Source: Octopus vulgaris
Taxonomy: Eukaryota
Direction: 5' to 3'
Assembly (NCBI GenBank): GCA_951406725.2
Contig: OX597823.1
Location: 310,001-374,000 of the forward strand
DNA length: 64,000 nt
This document shows, piece by piece, positions 42,630 to 55,743 of this stretch. Each line of letters opens with the position of its first letter. Position 1 is the first letter of the stretch. The notes under the pieces were generated by a model. That model was not told the DNA's origin. It searched no databases and saw only the letters and a list, made by a program, of their open reading frames with translations. Made by a program: the position numbers and the translations under genes.

Positions 42630-42893
42630 CGTGGCAGACGCCAGCGCTGCCTGATTGGTGTCCGTGTTGGTGACACGTAAAAAGCACCAACTGATCATGG
42701 CCATTGCCAGCCTCACCTGGCACATAAGAAGCACCCACTACACTCACAACAGAGTGGTTGGCGTTAGGAAGGGCATCCAGTAGAAACACTGCCAAACCAG
42801 ACTGGAGCCTGGTGCAGCCTCCATGGTTTACCAGGCCCCGGTCGAACCGTCCAACCCATGCTAGCATGGAAAATGGACGTTAAATAATGATGA
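42630..42893 (+). mobile_element. RTE 3' tail
   Basis: GTGGTTGGCGTTAGGAAGGGCATCCAG...CATGCTAGCATGG...(GAT)n. Confidence 0.85.
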
Positions 42894-42947
42894 TATAGAG
42901 ACATATAAATATCATCATCATCATCATTTAACGTCCGCTTTCCATGC

Positions 42948-43152
42948 TGTCTTCAAAATAAAGCTGGACCTCTTTCTTTCAAGCGTCCCAGATGAACCAA
43001 CTTCACGGCAGCAGGTGCAGATGAGGGCAGCAGCATCAAACTCCCTCATGCACAAAATGTCAATTCCTAAAAAGCATTCATGAAGTAAAATTATGTAGCA
43101 ATACCAAATGGCGGTGCCCCAGCATGGCCACAGCTCGTGAGCCGAAACTAGA
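42948..43152 (+). mobile_element. Proto2/CR1-like LINE 3' end
   Basis: [32 protein letters not shown] followed by the GGCGGTGCCCCAGCATGGCCACAG tail. Confidence 0.85.
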
Positions 43153-43158
43153 TATAAA

Positions 43159-43194
<36 letters not shown>

Positions 43195-43757
43195 ATATAA
43201 TGGAGATGTACTTACATAGCAAGTGACCTGATCTGAGATCGTGTGCTGAATTACTAACAATTGCAGTGTGGAAGGTGTTTATAAACCATGTAAAAACACA
43301 CAAAAACCATTAGATTCACTTCAACATTTAAATTTAATTTGCCAAAATATTTTCGTCACTTGAGACCACGATCTGACAAAGATCAAAGTTGTAGAAAAGA
43401 CAGGTAGGACTATCAAATCTGTATTAAGTAGATCATACCAATTTGATAGAATCACGTGTCAGAATAATTGTGTAGTATGTTCTACAAACCAACATATGAA
43501 CTGCGAGGCTAAGTGCCAAGAAAGGACTTGCATGATTATCCCAGGGTCATATATTGGAGAGACTTCTAGGAGCATCAGTGATAGGTTCAAAGAACACCTG
43601 GACAACTACATTGAAAAAAAAAACAAACTCCATCTTCTATCAGCATGTTGTAGACTGCCACAATGGCTCCTTAGGGAGACTTAGGTTAGACATCTTGCCT
43701 ATACATCCTACTGATGCAATGCTGAGACAAGTCACTGAAGCTGTCTGTATACAAGAA
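43195..43757 (+). mobile_element. Penelope-like GIY-YIG endonuclease fragment with a probable inverted pLTR remnant
   Basis: KIKVVEKTGRTIKSVL...C..C..C...YIGETSRSISDRFKEH...RQVTEAVCI; hammerhead-like remnant on the minus strand at 43338-43380. Confidence 0.78.
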
Positions 43758-44746
<989 letters not shown>

Positions 44747-44758
44747 TATATATATATA

Positions 44759-45152
44759 TTTACTCTTTTACTTGTTTCAGTAATTAATTATGATTGCGGC
44801 CATGCTGGATCACCGCCTTTAGTCGAGCAAATCGACCCCGGGACTTATTCTTTGTAAGCCCAGTGCTTATTCTATCGGTCTCTTTTGCCGAAACGCTAAG
44901 TGACAGGGACGTAAACACACCAGCATCGGTTGTCAAGCAATGTTAGGGGGACAAACACAGACACACAAACACACATATATATATATATATACATATATAC
45001 GGCAGGCTTCTTTCAGTTTCCGTCTACCAAATCCACTCACAAGGCATTGGTCGGCCCGGGGCTATAGCAGAAGACACTTGCCCAAGATGCCATGCAGTGG
45101 GACTGAACCCAGAACAATGTGGTTGGTTAGCAAGCTATTTACCACACAGCCA
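44759..45152 (-). mobile_element. CORE-like tRNA SINE, near full length
   Basis: Head TGGCTGTGTGGTAAATAGCTTGCT, B-box, TTGGGCAAGTGTCTTCT core, LINE-like tail. Confidence 0.85.
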
Positions 45153-45229
45153 CATATATATATATTTATATATAAATATATATATATATTAATTTAATAA
45201 ATAAAATATATGCATACATACATACATAT

Positions 45230-45550
45230 ATGTACGTACCTACATCTACATGTATATATACATGCATATATAAATATATATACGTGAGTACAGGACACCA
45301 CAAATAGACGTAGAACTCAACGAGAAACGAAAACGTAAAAACAAACATGGAAACGGACCTATTTTTTAACAACGAAAAAACAGTACAAGACAAACAACAC
45401 AAGGAAAATTCCCCTTCATCAGCTGTCCCTTCATCAGCATGCGTGTTTCGAAGGTAAGGACAGAACACGACTCGTTGAACTAGCCCTTCCTGCGAAAGAA
45501 TTAAATAAAATTCCTTCGCAGAGGGGTAAAAACAAGGAAAGAAAAAAAAA
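45230..45550. repeat. interspersed non-coding repeat within (TA)n, possibly a Penelope pLTR
   Basis: Homologous to 58240-58357 (GGACACCA...GAGAAACGAAAAC); CGAAAC and a duplicated CTGATGAAGGG on the minus strand. Confidence 0.45.
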
Positions 45551-45677
45551 GTTTTATATATATATATATACAATAAATATTCATATATAGTTATATGAAA
45601 ATATATATATAGATAGATATATAAATATATATATTTATAATATATATATATATAGATATATAAATATATATATATAT

Positions 45678-47571
45678 CATCATCATCATCATCGTCGTTT
45701 AACGTCCGCTTTCCATGCTAGCATGGGTTGGATGTTTTGACTGTGGGCTGGCGAACCAGATGGCTGCACCAAGCTCCAGTCTTGATCTGGCAGAGTTTCT
45801 ACAGCTGGATGCCCTGAGAGTGTAGTGGGTGCTCTTACGTGCCACCGGCACAGGGGCCAGTGAGGCGGTACTGGGAACGACCTCACTCGAATCTTTTTTA
45901 CATATGCCAACGGCACAGGTGCCAGTAAGGCGATGCTGGTAACGATCCTGCTTGAATGGTGCTTCCCACATGCCACCGGCACGGAAGCCAGTTAGCCGCT
46001 CTGGCAACGATCACGCACAGATGGTGCTTTTAGCACCCTACTAGCACGGGGCACAAGTGCCAGTAAGGCGAGGCTGGCAACGATCATGCTCGTATGGTGC
46101 TCCTGCCCGTCATTGAATTTCACTTTGATTTTGGTTTCAATTTCACTTGCCTCAACAGATCTTCGCAAGCAGATATTAGTGTTCAAAGACGGAAAAGGTA
46201 TGCACAGGTGGGCTGGTTACACCCCTGGCACAGGGAAACGAGGTTATGGTCTCATTTGGCTTGCAGGATCTTCTCAAGTACAGAATATTTCCAAAGGTCT
46301 CAGTCATTAGTCATTTCCCTGGTGAGGCCTGAAGTTCGAAGGTCGTGCTTCACCACTTCATCCCAGGTCTTCCTGGGTCTACCTCTTCCACAAGTTCCCT
46401 CAACTGCTAGGGTGTGGCACATTTCTCTCCTACCACATCACGATTCTCTCTCACACACTGTCTTGCAGCACGAAATACCTCAAATCTTGGATCCTCACGG
46501 CGCAGAACATTGGCAAATTTTTTCTTATATGCTTCCCCTCTGGCTAAGTAAACCTGTCTCCTAGCATCTCTTCTGGCAGTCTAATACAATTCCCTGCTAC
46601 CACCGTTCTTCCAGTCCTTCCAAGCCTGTCTCTTTTCTCTAATAGCCCTGTCTGCAACATTGTTCCACCACCACATTATTTTGGGTCGAGAGGGGACTTT
46701 GCACCATCCATAGATCTGATCAGTGGCTCTCAGCAGGTTGTCCCGTAAAAACCTCCAGTTGTTTTCTACACTATGTGAATCTATATCCTCTTCTATTTTG
46801 TCAAAGGCTTCGAGTAATGTCTAAATCTCTGTCCATTCACAGGATCTTTAAGCTTCCAGACCCTTCTTTTCCATATTGGTCGTTTTCAAGGCATCCACTT
46901 AGTCCTGATCATAAAGTCACTAACTACCAGTCTATGTTGTTGGGTACATTCTTCGCCTGGGAAGGTTTTGGCATTTATAAGTAGCCATCTTTCCCACTGC
47001 CTGGCAAGGATGTAGTCAATTTGGCTAGTATGTCGGCCCGATCGGTAGGTGACTGGTAGGTTTCCTAAAGTTAGTATTGCAAACCATAAGATCATTTCCA
47101 TCGCAGAACTCCAGCAGCCTGGTTCCCTCCTCGTTGCGGGAACCATAGCCGTAGCCTCGATGTACACCATGGAAGACCCCTGTATGTTGTCCAACATGTC
47201 CACTGAAGTCACCAGCCACAAAAAGGTCCCTGTTGTTCGTCAACGAGGTAGTGTGCAGTAGGGTGTCATAGAATCGGTCTTTCTGTCCATCGAGTAGCCC
47301 CGGCTGAGGGGCATAGGCCGATATAATGGTTGCTAACCCATGGTGAAGCATTAATCTAATCTTAAGTATTCTGTCGCATACTCTGACTACCTTGATTACC
47401 TTATCTACCCATTTTTCAGCGAGAAGTATACCAACACCCCCAACCCCGTCAGTGTTTCCCACCCAGAAAATCTTGTACCTGCATTCTTTGCCTGTGAGGA
47501 ACCTAGCAGAACCTCCTCTCCACCTTACTTCTTGGATGCAGCACATATCGACACATCTCCGTTCAAGCATC
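45678..47571 (-). mobile_element. RTE LINE with the RT deleted (APE joined to the 3' end)
   Basis: CCIQEVRWRG...AYAPQ...GDFSGHVG...IDYIL; junction to [19 protein letters not shown] near 46420; (GAT)n tail. Confidence 0.9.
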
Positions 47572-47612
47572 ATATATATATATATGTATATATTTATACT
47601 AAATATATATAT

Positions 47613-47643
<31 letters not shown>

Positions 47644-47661
47644 CATAAATACATATATATA

Positions 47662-48120
47662 TAAAAATTTTATAATTATGAGCATAATTCCGCAGTTTCT
47701 GTGGAATTACTCTTGGCACACATGGATGATTGAGAAAAAATCATCCATGTTTGAATTCGGAAAAACTGGTTTTCGGATACATGCTAATCAATGGCGCTTG
47801 GTCGAGTATGAATGTTAATTATCAGTGCTCTCAAATTTAAAACTTGAAATACCGTACTGAGAAAGGAAATAAGTGAGTAGAAATATGATTTTACATCATT
47901 TTACATCTTTTTAACCCCGAAATGTGTATGTAGTTAATCAAAGCCGGGTGGATTCGTTATTTTTTCTCTTTACCTTCGTGAGTTGCAGAGTATTGCTGTC
48001 TGGGAGATATTGTATGGTAGTAGAATAGAATTTTAACTGCTATTTCTAAATTTCAGTATGTGTTGAAGCCAATTTTGCTGAACCCTAACTATAATTATGC
48101 TCATAACTATAAAATTTTTG
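47662..48120. mobile_element. MITE with 27-bp TIRs at a TA target
   Basis: AAAAATTTTATAATTATGAGCATAATT and AATTATGCTCATAACTATAAAATTTTT (1 mismatch). Confidence 0.75.
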
Positions 48121-48211
48121 TATAAGTTCTTTTAACTTACCGAACTACTTGGTAAAATTAATTATTAATTAATTTTACCCTTTATTATTATTGATATACA
48201 CATATATATAT

Positions 48212-48580
48212 ATGGTTCCGGGTTCAGTCCCACTGCGTGGCTCCTTGGGAAAGTGTCTTCTGCTATAGCCCCGGGCCGACCAATGCCTTGTGAGTGGATT
48301 TGGTAGACGGAAACTGAAAGAAGCCCGTCGTATATATGTATATATATATGTGTGTGCGTGTATGTTTGTGTGTCTGTGTCTGTCCCCCTAGCATTGTTTG
48401 ACAACCGATGCTGGTGTGTTTACGTCCCTGTCACCTAGCGGTTCGGCAAAAGAAACCGATAGAATAAGTAGTGGGCTTACAAAAGAATAAGTCCCGGGGT
48501 CAAGTTGCTCGATTAAAGGCGGTGCTCCAGCATGGCCGCAGTCAAATGACTGAAACAAGTAAAAGAGTAAAGAGTAAGAG
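48212..48580 (+). mobile_element. CORE-like tRNA SINE (5'-truncated)
   Basis: GGTTCCGGGTTCAGTCCC...AAGGCGGTGCTCCAGCATGGCCGCAG...(GTAAAAGA)n. Confidence 0.85.
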
Positions 48581-48596
48581 TATATATATATATATA

Positions 48597-49379
48597 TCAT
48601 CATCATCATTTAACGTCCGTTTTCCATGCTAGCATGGTTTTGACTGAGGGCTGGCAAACCAGATGGCTACACCAGGCTCCAGTCTTGATCTGGCAGAGTT
48701 TCTACAGCTGGATGCCCTTCCTAACGCCAACCACTCCGAGAGTGTAGTGGGTGCTTTTTATGTGCCACCTGCACGGGGGCCAGTCAGGCGGTACTGGCAA
48801 TGACTTCGCTTAAACCTTTTTAACACGTGCCACCCACACAGGTGCCAGTGAAGTGATGTTGGTAACGATCATGCTCGAATGGTGCCCTTTTACGTGCCAC
48901 AGGTACGGAAGCCAGTTGGCTGCTCTGGCAACGATCACAACGATCACACTCGGATGGTGTTCTTGGCACCCTACTAGCACAGGCATAAGTGCCAGTAAGG
49001 CGACGCTGGTAATGATCATACTCGAATAGCCGCTCTGTCAACGATCACACTCATATGGTGCTCTTTGCACCCCGCTAACACAGATGCCAGTCATCGAAGT
49101 GATTTTGATTTGATTTCACTTGCCTCAACAGGTCTTTGCAAGGAAAGTTTATTGACCAAAGAAGGAAAAGCTACGCATAAGCGGGCTGGTTATGCTCATG
49201 GCACAGGCCACGGGTTGTGGTTTCATCTGGCTTGCCGGGTCTTCTCGAGCATAGCATATTTCCAAACGTCTCGGTCACTAATCATTTCCTTGGTGAGGCC
49301 TAATGTTCAAAGGTCGTGCTTCACCACTTCATCCCAGGTCTTCCTGGTTCTACCTCTTGTACAGGTTCCCTCAACCACT
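48597..49379 (-). mobile_element. 5'-truncated RTE LINE
   Basis: [23 protein letters not shown] plus hairpin-array UTR and (GAT)n; TA on both sides. Confidence 0.9.
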
Positions 49380-49399
49380 ATGTACATATATATATATAC

Positions 49400-49512
<113 letters not shown>

Positions 49513-49568
49513 CATATATATATATATACAGTGTACTTTGTGTACTATATGTACAGTGTATATATATA

Positions 49569-50062
49569 TTAGTGTACTTATATATGAATAATATATGGCG
49601 TGTCCCAGAACACCAGCGATAATAATTAATTTTATTTTATCGCATTTGACTTTGTTTATGTATTTTCTCGATAAATTTTTGAGCGTTAGACGATATACCA
49701 GAAAACCCTATTTTGTCGGGTATGTTCCGAGTTTGCGCAGTGATTTGAATAGTTTAGAAAGAGCAATTTAATAGACGCATGTGCCTCTATTAATGTGCGC
49801 TTCCTATAATAACAGGAATCTTACTGAAGAGCCTACCTGAGTAAATAAATATTATTTTTATTGCTGAAATAGGCAAAACTGCAGTCTAAGAAGAACTAAG
49901 TTTGTAAAAGTTTTTAATTTTCATCTCATTAAATTTATCCAGCTTTTGTGTATCTGGTACACACTTCGCCTTTTAGTGTAATTATATATGAATAATATAT
50001 GGCGTGTCCCAGAACACCAGCGATAATAATTAATTTTATTGTATCGCATTTGACTTTGTTTA
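49569..50062 (+). mobile_element. retrozyme- or pLTR-like element: 404-bp unit with a 90-bp terminal direct repeat
   Basis: 49569-49658 is repeated at 49973-50062; a hammerhead lies inside; TA flanks. Confidence 0.75.
49819..49891 (+). ncRNA. type I minimal hammerhead ribozyme with G12A
   Basis: TCTTA-CTGAAGA-GCCTA(loop)TAGGC-AAAAC-TGCA-GTC-TAAGA; stems I, II and III all pair. Confidence 0.75.
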
Positions 50063-50064
50063 CG

Positions 50065-51272
<1,208 letters not shown>

Positions 51273-51292
51273 AATACATATATATATATACA

Positions 51293-51326
<34 letters not shown>

Positions 51327-51533
51327 CATATATATACATATATATACATATATATGTATATATATATATGTATATATATATATGTATATATATGTATATA
51401 TATATATGTATATATATACATGTATATATATGCATATATATATATGTATATATATGTATATATATATATGTATATATATATATACATATATATACATATA
51501 CATATATATATATATACATATATATACATATAC

Positions 51534-51566
<33 letters not shown>

Positions 51567-51596
51567 CATATATATATACATATATATATATATACA

Positions 51597-53161
51597 TCAT
51601 CATCATCATCATCGTTTAGCGTCCGTTTTCCATGCTAGCATGGGTTGGACGGTTCTACTGGGGTCTGTGAAGCCAGAAGGCTTCATCAGGCCCAGTCAAA
51701 TCTGGCAGTGTTTGTACGGCTGGATGCCCTTCCTAACGCCAACCACTCCGTGAGTGTAGTGGGTGCTTTTTACGTGCCACCCGCACTGGTGCCAGACAGA
51801 GCAGGCAAACGGCCACGAACGGATGGTGCTTTTTATGTGCCACCGGCACGAGGGCCAGGCGAGGCTGGCAACGAACACGAAACGGGGCGGTGCTGGCAAC
51901 GGTCGCGAAACGGAAAGTTCTCTTACATGCCACCGGCACTGGTAACACATCTGCAATTTCCACTGATCGATTTCCATTGATCGATTTCGATTCTGATCGT
52001 CACTTGCCTCAACGGGTCTTCACAAGCAGAGTTTTGACATGCCACCGGCACTGGTAGCACATCCGCAATTTCCATTGATCGATTTCGATTCTGATCCTCA
52101 CTTGCCTCATCACGTCTTCACAAGTAGAGTTTTGTGTCCCAAGAAGGGAAGGTATGCATACGTAGGCTGGCTCCATCCCATGTAGAAGGCCACGGGTTAT
52201 GGACTCACATGTCCTGCCGGGTCTTCTCGCGCACAGCACACTTCCAGAGGTCTCGGTCTCTAGTCATTTCCTCAGTGAGACCTAAAGTTCGAAGGTTGTG
52301 CTTCACCACCTCGTCCCAGGTTTTCCTGGGTCTGCCTCTTCCACAGGTTCCCTCAACCGCTAGGGTGTGGCACTTTTGCACACAACTATCTTCATCCATT
52401 CTCGCCACATGACCATACCAGCGCAAACGTCTCTCTTGCACACCACAACTGATGCTTCTTAGGTCCAGCTTTTCTCTCAAGGTACTTACACTCTGCCGAG
52501 TGTGAGTACTGGCATTACACATCCATCGGAGCATACTGGCTTCATTTCTAGCGAGCTTACGCATATCCTCAGCAGTCACGGCCCATGTTTCACTGCCATG
52601 TAGCATGGCTGTTCGTACACACGCATCATACAGTCTGCCTTTCACTCTGTGCGAGAGGCCTTTTGTCACCAGCAGAGGTAAGAGCTCTCTGAACTTTGCC
52701 CAAGCTATTCTTACTCTAGCAGTTACACTTTCAGCACACCCGCCCCCGCTGCTGACTTGGTCACCTAGGTAACGGAAACTATCAACTATTTCTAGTTTTT
52801 CTCCCTGGAAAGTGACGGAAGTTGGTCTCAGAGCATTTTCAGTGTTTATTGTTGCTGAGCATCTGCCACATACAAAAACCATCTTCCTAGTTAGCCTTCC
52901 TTTGACATTGCTGCATCTCTTATGTGTCCATAGCTTACACTTGGTGCATCTTATAGAGTTTCTACCTACACCTTTTCTACAGATCGAGCAGGGCCATCTA
53001 CCTGAAGGTGTTTGTGATTTGTCTACCTTCCTACTGATTACGACTTTGGTTTTAGCTAGATTGACTCTGAGGCCCTTCGATTCTAATCCTTGTTTCCACA
53101 CCTGAAACTTCTCCTCCAGTTCTGATAGCGACTCAGCAATTAGAGCAAGGTCATCAGCATA
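51597..53161 (-). mobile_element. 5'-truncated RTE LINE with uninterrupted ORF end
   Basis: [11 protein letters not shown]...CSICRKG...C..C...HKRC...GRPRKTW; hairpin-array UTR; (GAT)n. Confidence 0.95.
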
Positions 53162-53162
53162 C

Positions 53163-53195
<33 letters not shown>

Positions 53196-53236
53196 ATATA
53201 TATATATACATATATATATATATATGTATATATATG

Positions 53237-53410
<174 letters not shown>

Positions 53411-53504
53411 CATACATATACATACATATATATATATATATACATACATATACATGTATATATATATATGTATATATATATGTATATATATATACATATA
53501 TATG

Positions 53505-53535
<31 letters not shown>

Positions 53536-53737
53536 CTCGCCTGGCACCTGTGTCGGTGGCACATAAAATCACCCACTACACTCTCGGAGTGGTTGGCGTT
53601 AGGAAGGGCATCCAGCTGTAGAAACATTGCCAGATTAGACTGGAGCCTGGTGCAGCCTTCTGGCTTCCCAGAACCCCGGTCGAACCGTCCAACCCATGCT
53701 AGCATGGAGAACGGACGTTAAACGACGATGATGATGA
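53536..53737 (+). mobile_element. RTE 3' tail
   Basis: Terminal ~200 bp ending GTTAAACGAC(GAT)n. Confidence 0.9.
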
Positions 53738-53765
53738 TATACATATATATGTATATATATATATA

Positions 53766-54441
53766 TCATCATCATCATCATCGTTTAACGTCCGCTTTCC
53801 ATGCTAGCATGGGTTGGATGGTTCAACTGGGGTCTGGCAAGCCCGAAGGCTGCACCAGGCCAGTCAGATCTGGCAGTGTTTCTACGGCTGGATGCCCTTC
53901 CTAACGCCAACCACTCCGAGAGTGTAGTGGGTGATTTTATGTGCCACCGACACAGGTGCCAGACGAGGCTGGCAGACGGCCACGCTCGGATGGTGTTTTT
54001 TATGTGCCACCGACACAGGTGCCAGACGAGGCTGGTTGACGGCCACGCTCGGATGGTGTTTTCTTATGGGTCACCGACACAGGTGCCAGGCGAGGCTGGC
54101 GGACGGCCACGCTCAGATGGTGTTTGTTACGTGCAGCACGGAGGCCAGTCGTTGCGGTACTGGCTACGGTCACGTTCAGATGGTTTTCTTATGTGCCACC
54201 GGCACTGGTACCACAAGGATACAAATTCCATTGATGTTCATCTATTTTGATTTGGTTCAATTTGATTTGATTTGATTCGATTCGATTCTCACTTGCCTCA
54301 ACAGGTCTTCACAAGTGTCACAAGAAGGAAGGTATGCACAGGTGGACTGACTACGTCCCAGGTAGGGGCCACGGGTTATGGCTTCACTAGTCTTGCCGGG
54401 TCTTCTCACGCACAGCATACTTCCATAGGTCTCGGTCTCTA
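53766..54441 (-). mobile_element. RTE 3' end with a five-unit hairpin array
   Basis: [17 protein letters not shown] followed by a UTR with ~63-bp repeats. Confidence 0.9.
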
Positions 54442-54593
54442 ATGTATATATATATATATATGTATACATATATATATGCATACATATATATATATATATA
54501 TATATATGTATACATATATATATATATATATGTATACATATATATATATATATATGTATACATATATATATATATATATACATAAATACATAC

Positions 54594-54732
<139 letters not shown>

Positions 54733-54789
54733 TATATACATATATATATATACATATATATATACATATATATATACATATATATATAC

Positions 54790-54878
<89 letters not shown>

Positions 54879-54899
54879 TACATATATATATATATATAC

Positions 54900-54966
<67 letters not shown>

Positions 54967-55018
54967 TATATACATATATATATAAACACACGTATATATA
55001 TATACATATATATATATA

Positions 55019-55330
55019 TATTAAGTGTAGGAAAGAATGGAGCTGAACGAAGATTTAACAAAATTCCTTTATTTTATTTTCGACATATGTTTCGAAGTTT
55101 GCAAAGTCCCTAATTCCGATTGAATAAGGAGTCCATTTTCTTCGTTCGGCTCCATTCTTTCCTACACTTAATATATAATACTTTAAATTTCCGCACTAAG
55201 GCACGGATTTTATGCCCCATGGTCGTAACTTCAACCGTGCTCTTTCTGTTGTGATTTTTGCTACCCAGGTATCGGTTATCTTTCGAATTATCCGTAATAA
55301 GATAATACATTTATCTACTTCAATAAACAC
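55019..55330. mobile_element. probable Penelope pLTR fragment with an inverted ~35-bp tail
   Basis: 55019-55053 is inverted at 55139-55173; CGAAAC-ATAT-GTC hammerhead 3' half on the minus strand at 55082-55094. Confidence 0.55.
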
Positions 55331-55332
55331 AA

Positions 55333-55365
<33 letters not shown>

Positions 55366-55568
55366 CATACATATATATATACATACATATATATATATAT
55401 ACATACATATATATATACATACATATATATTTACATACATATATATATACATACATATATATTTACATACATATATATTTACATACATATAGATATACAT
55501 ACATACATATATACATACATATATATATACATACATATATATATACATACATACATATATATATATAC

Positions 55569-55619
<51 letters not shown>

Positions 55620-55743
55620 TATATACATATATACACACATATATATATATATATACATATATACATATATATATACATATATACATATATATACACACAT
55701 ATATATATATACATATATATATATATACATATATACATATATA

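Noticed and set aside
45411-45455. CGAAAC and CTGATGAAGGG on the minus strand as an intact type II hammerhead
   Set aside because: A local duplication is present, and stems I and III and the cleavage triplet cannot be formed.
53931-54212. CRISPR-like repeat and spacer appearance
   Set aside because: The inter-repeat segments are homologous to each other, the array lies in an RTE 3' UTR, the context is eukaryotic and there are no cas genes.
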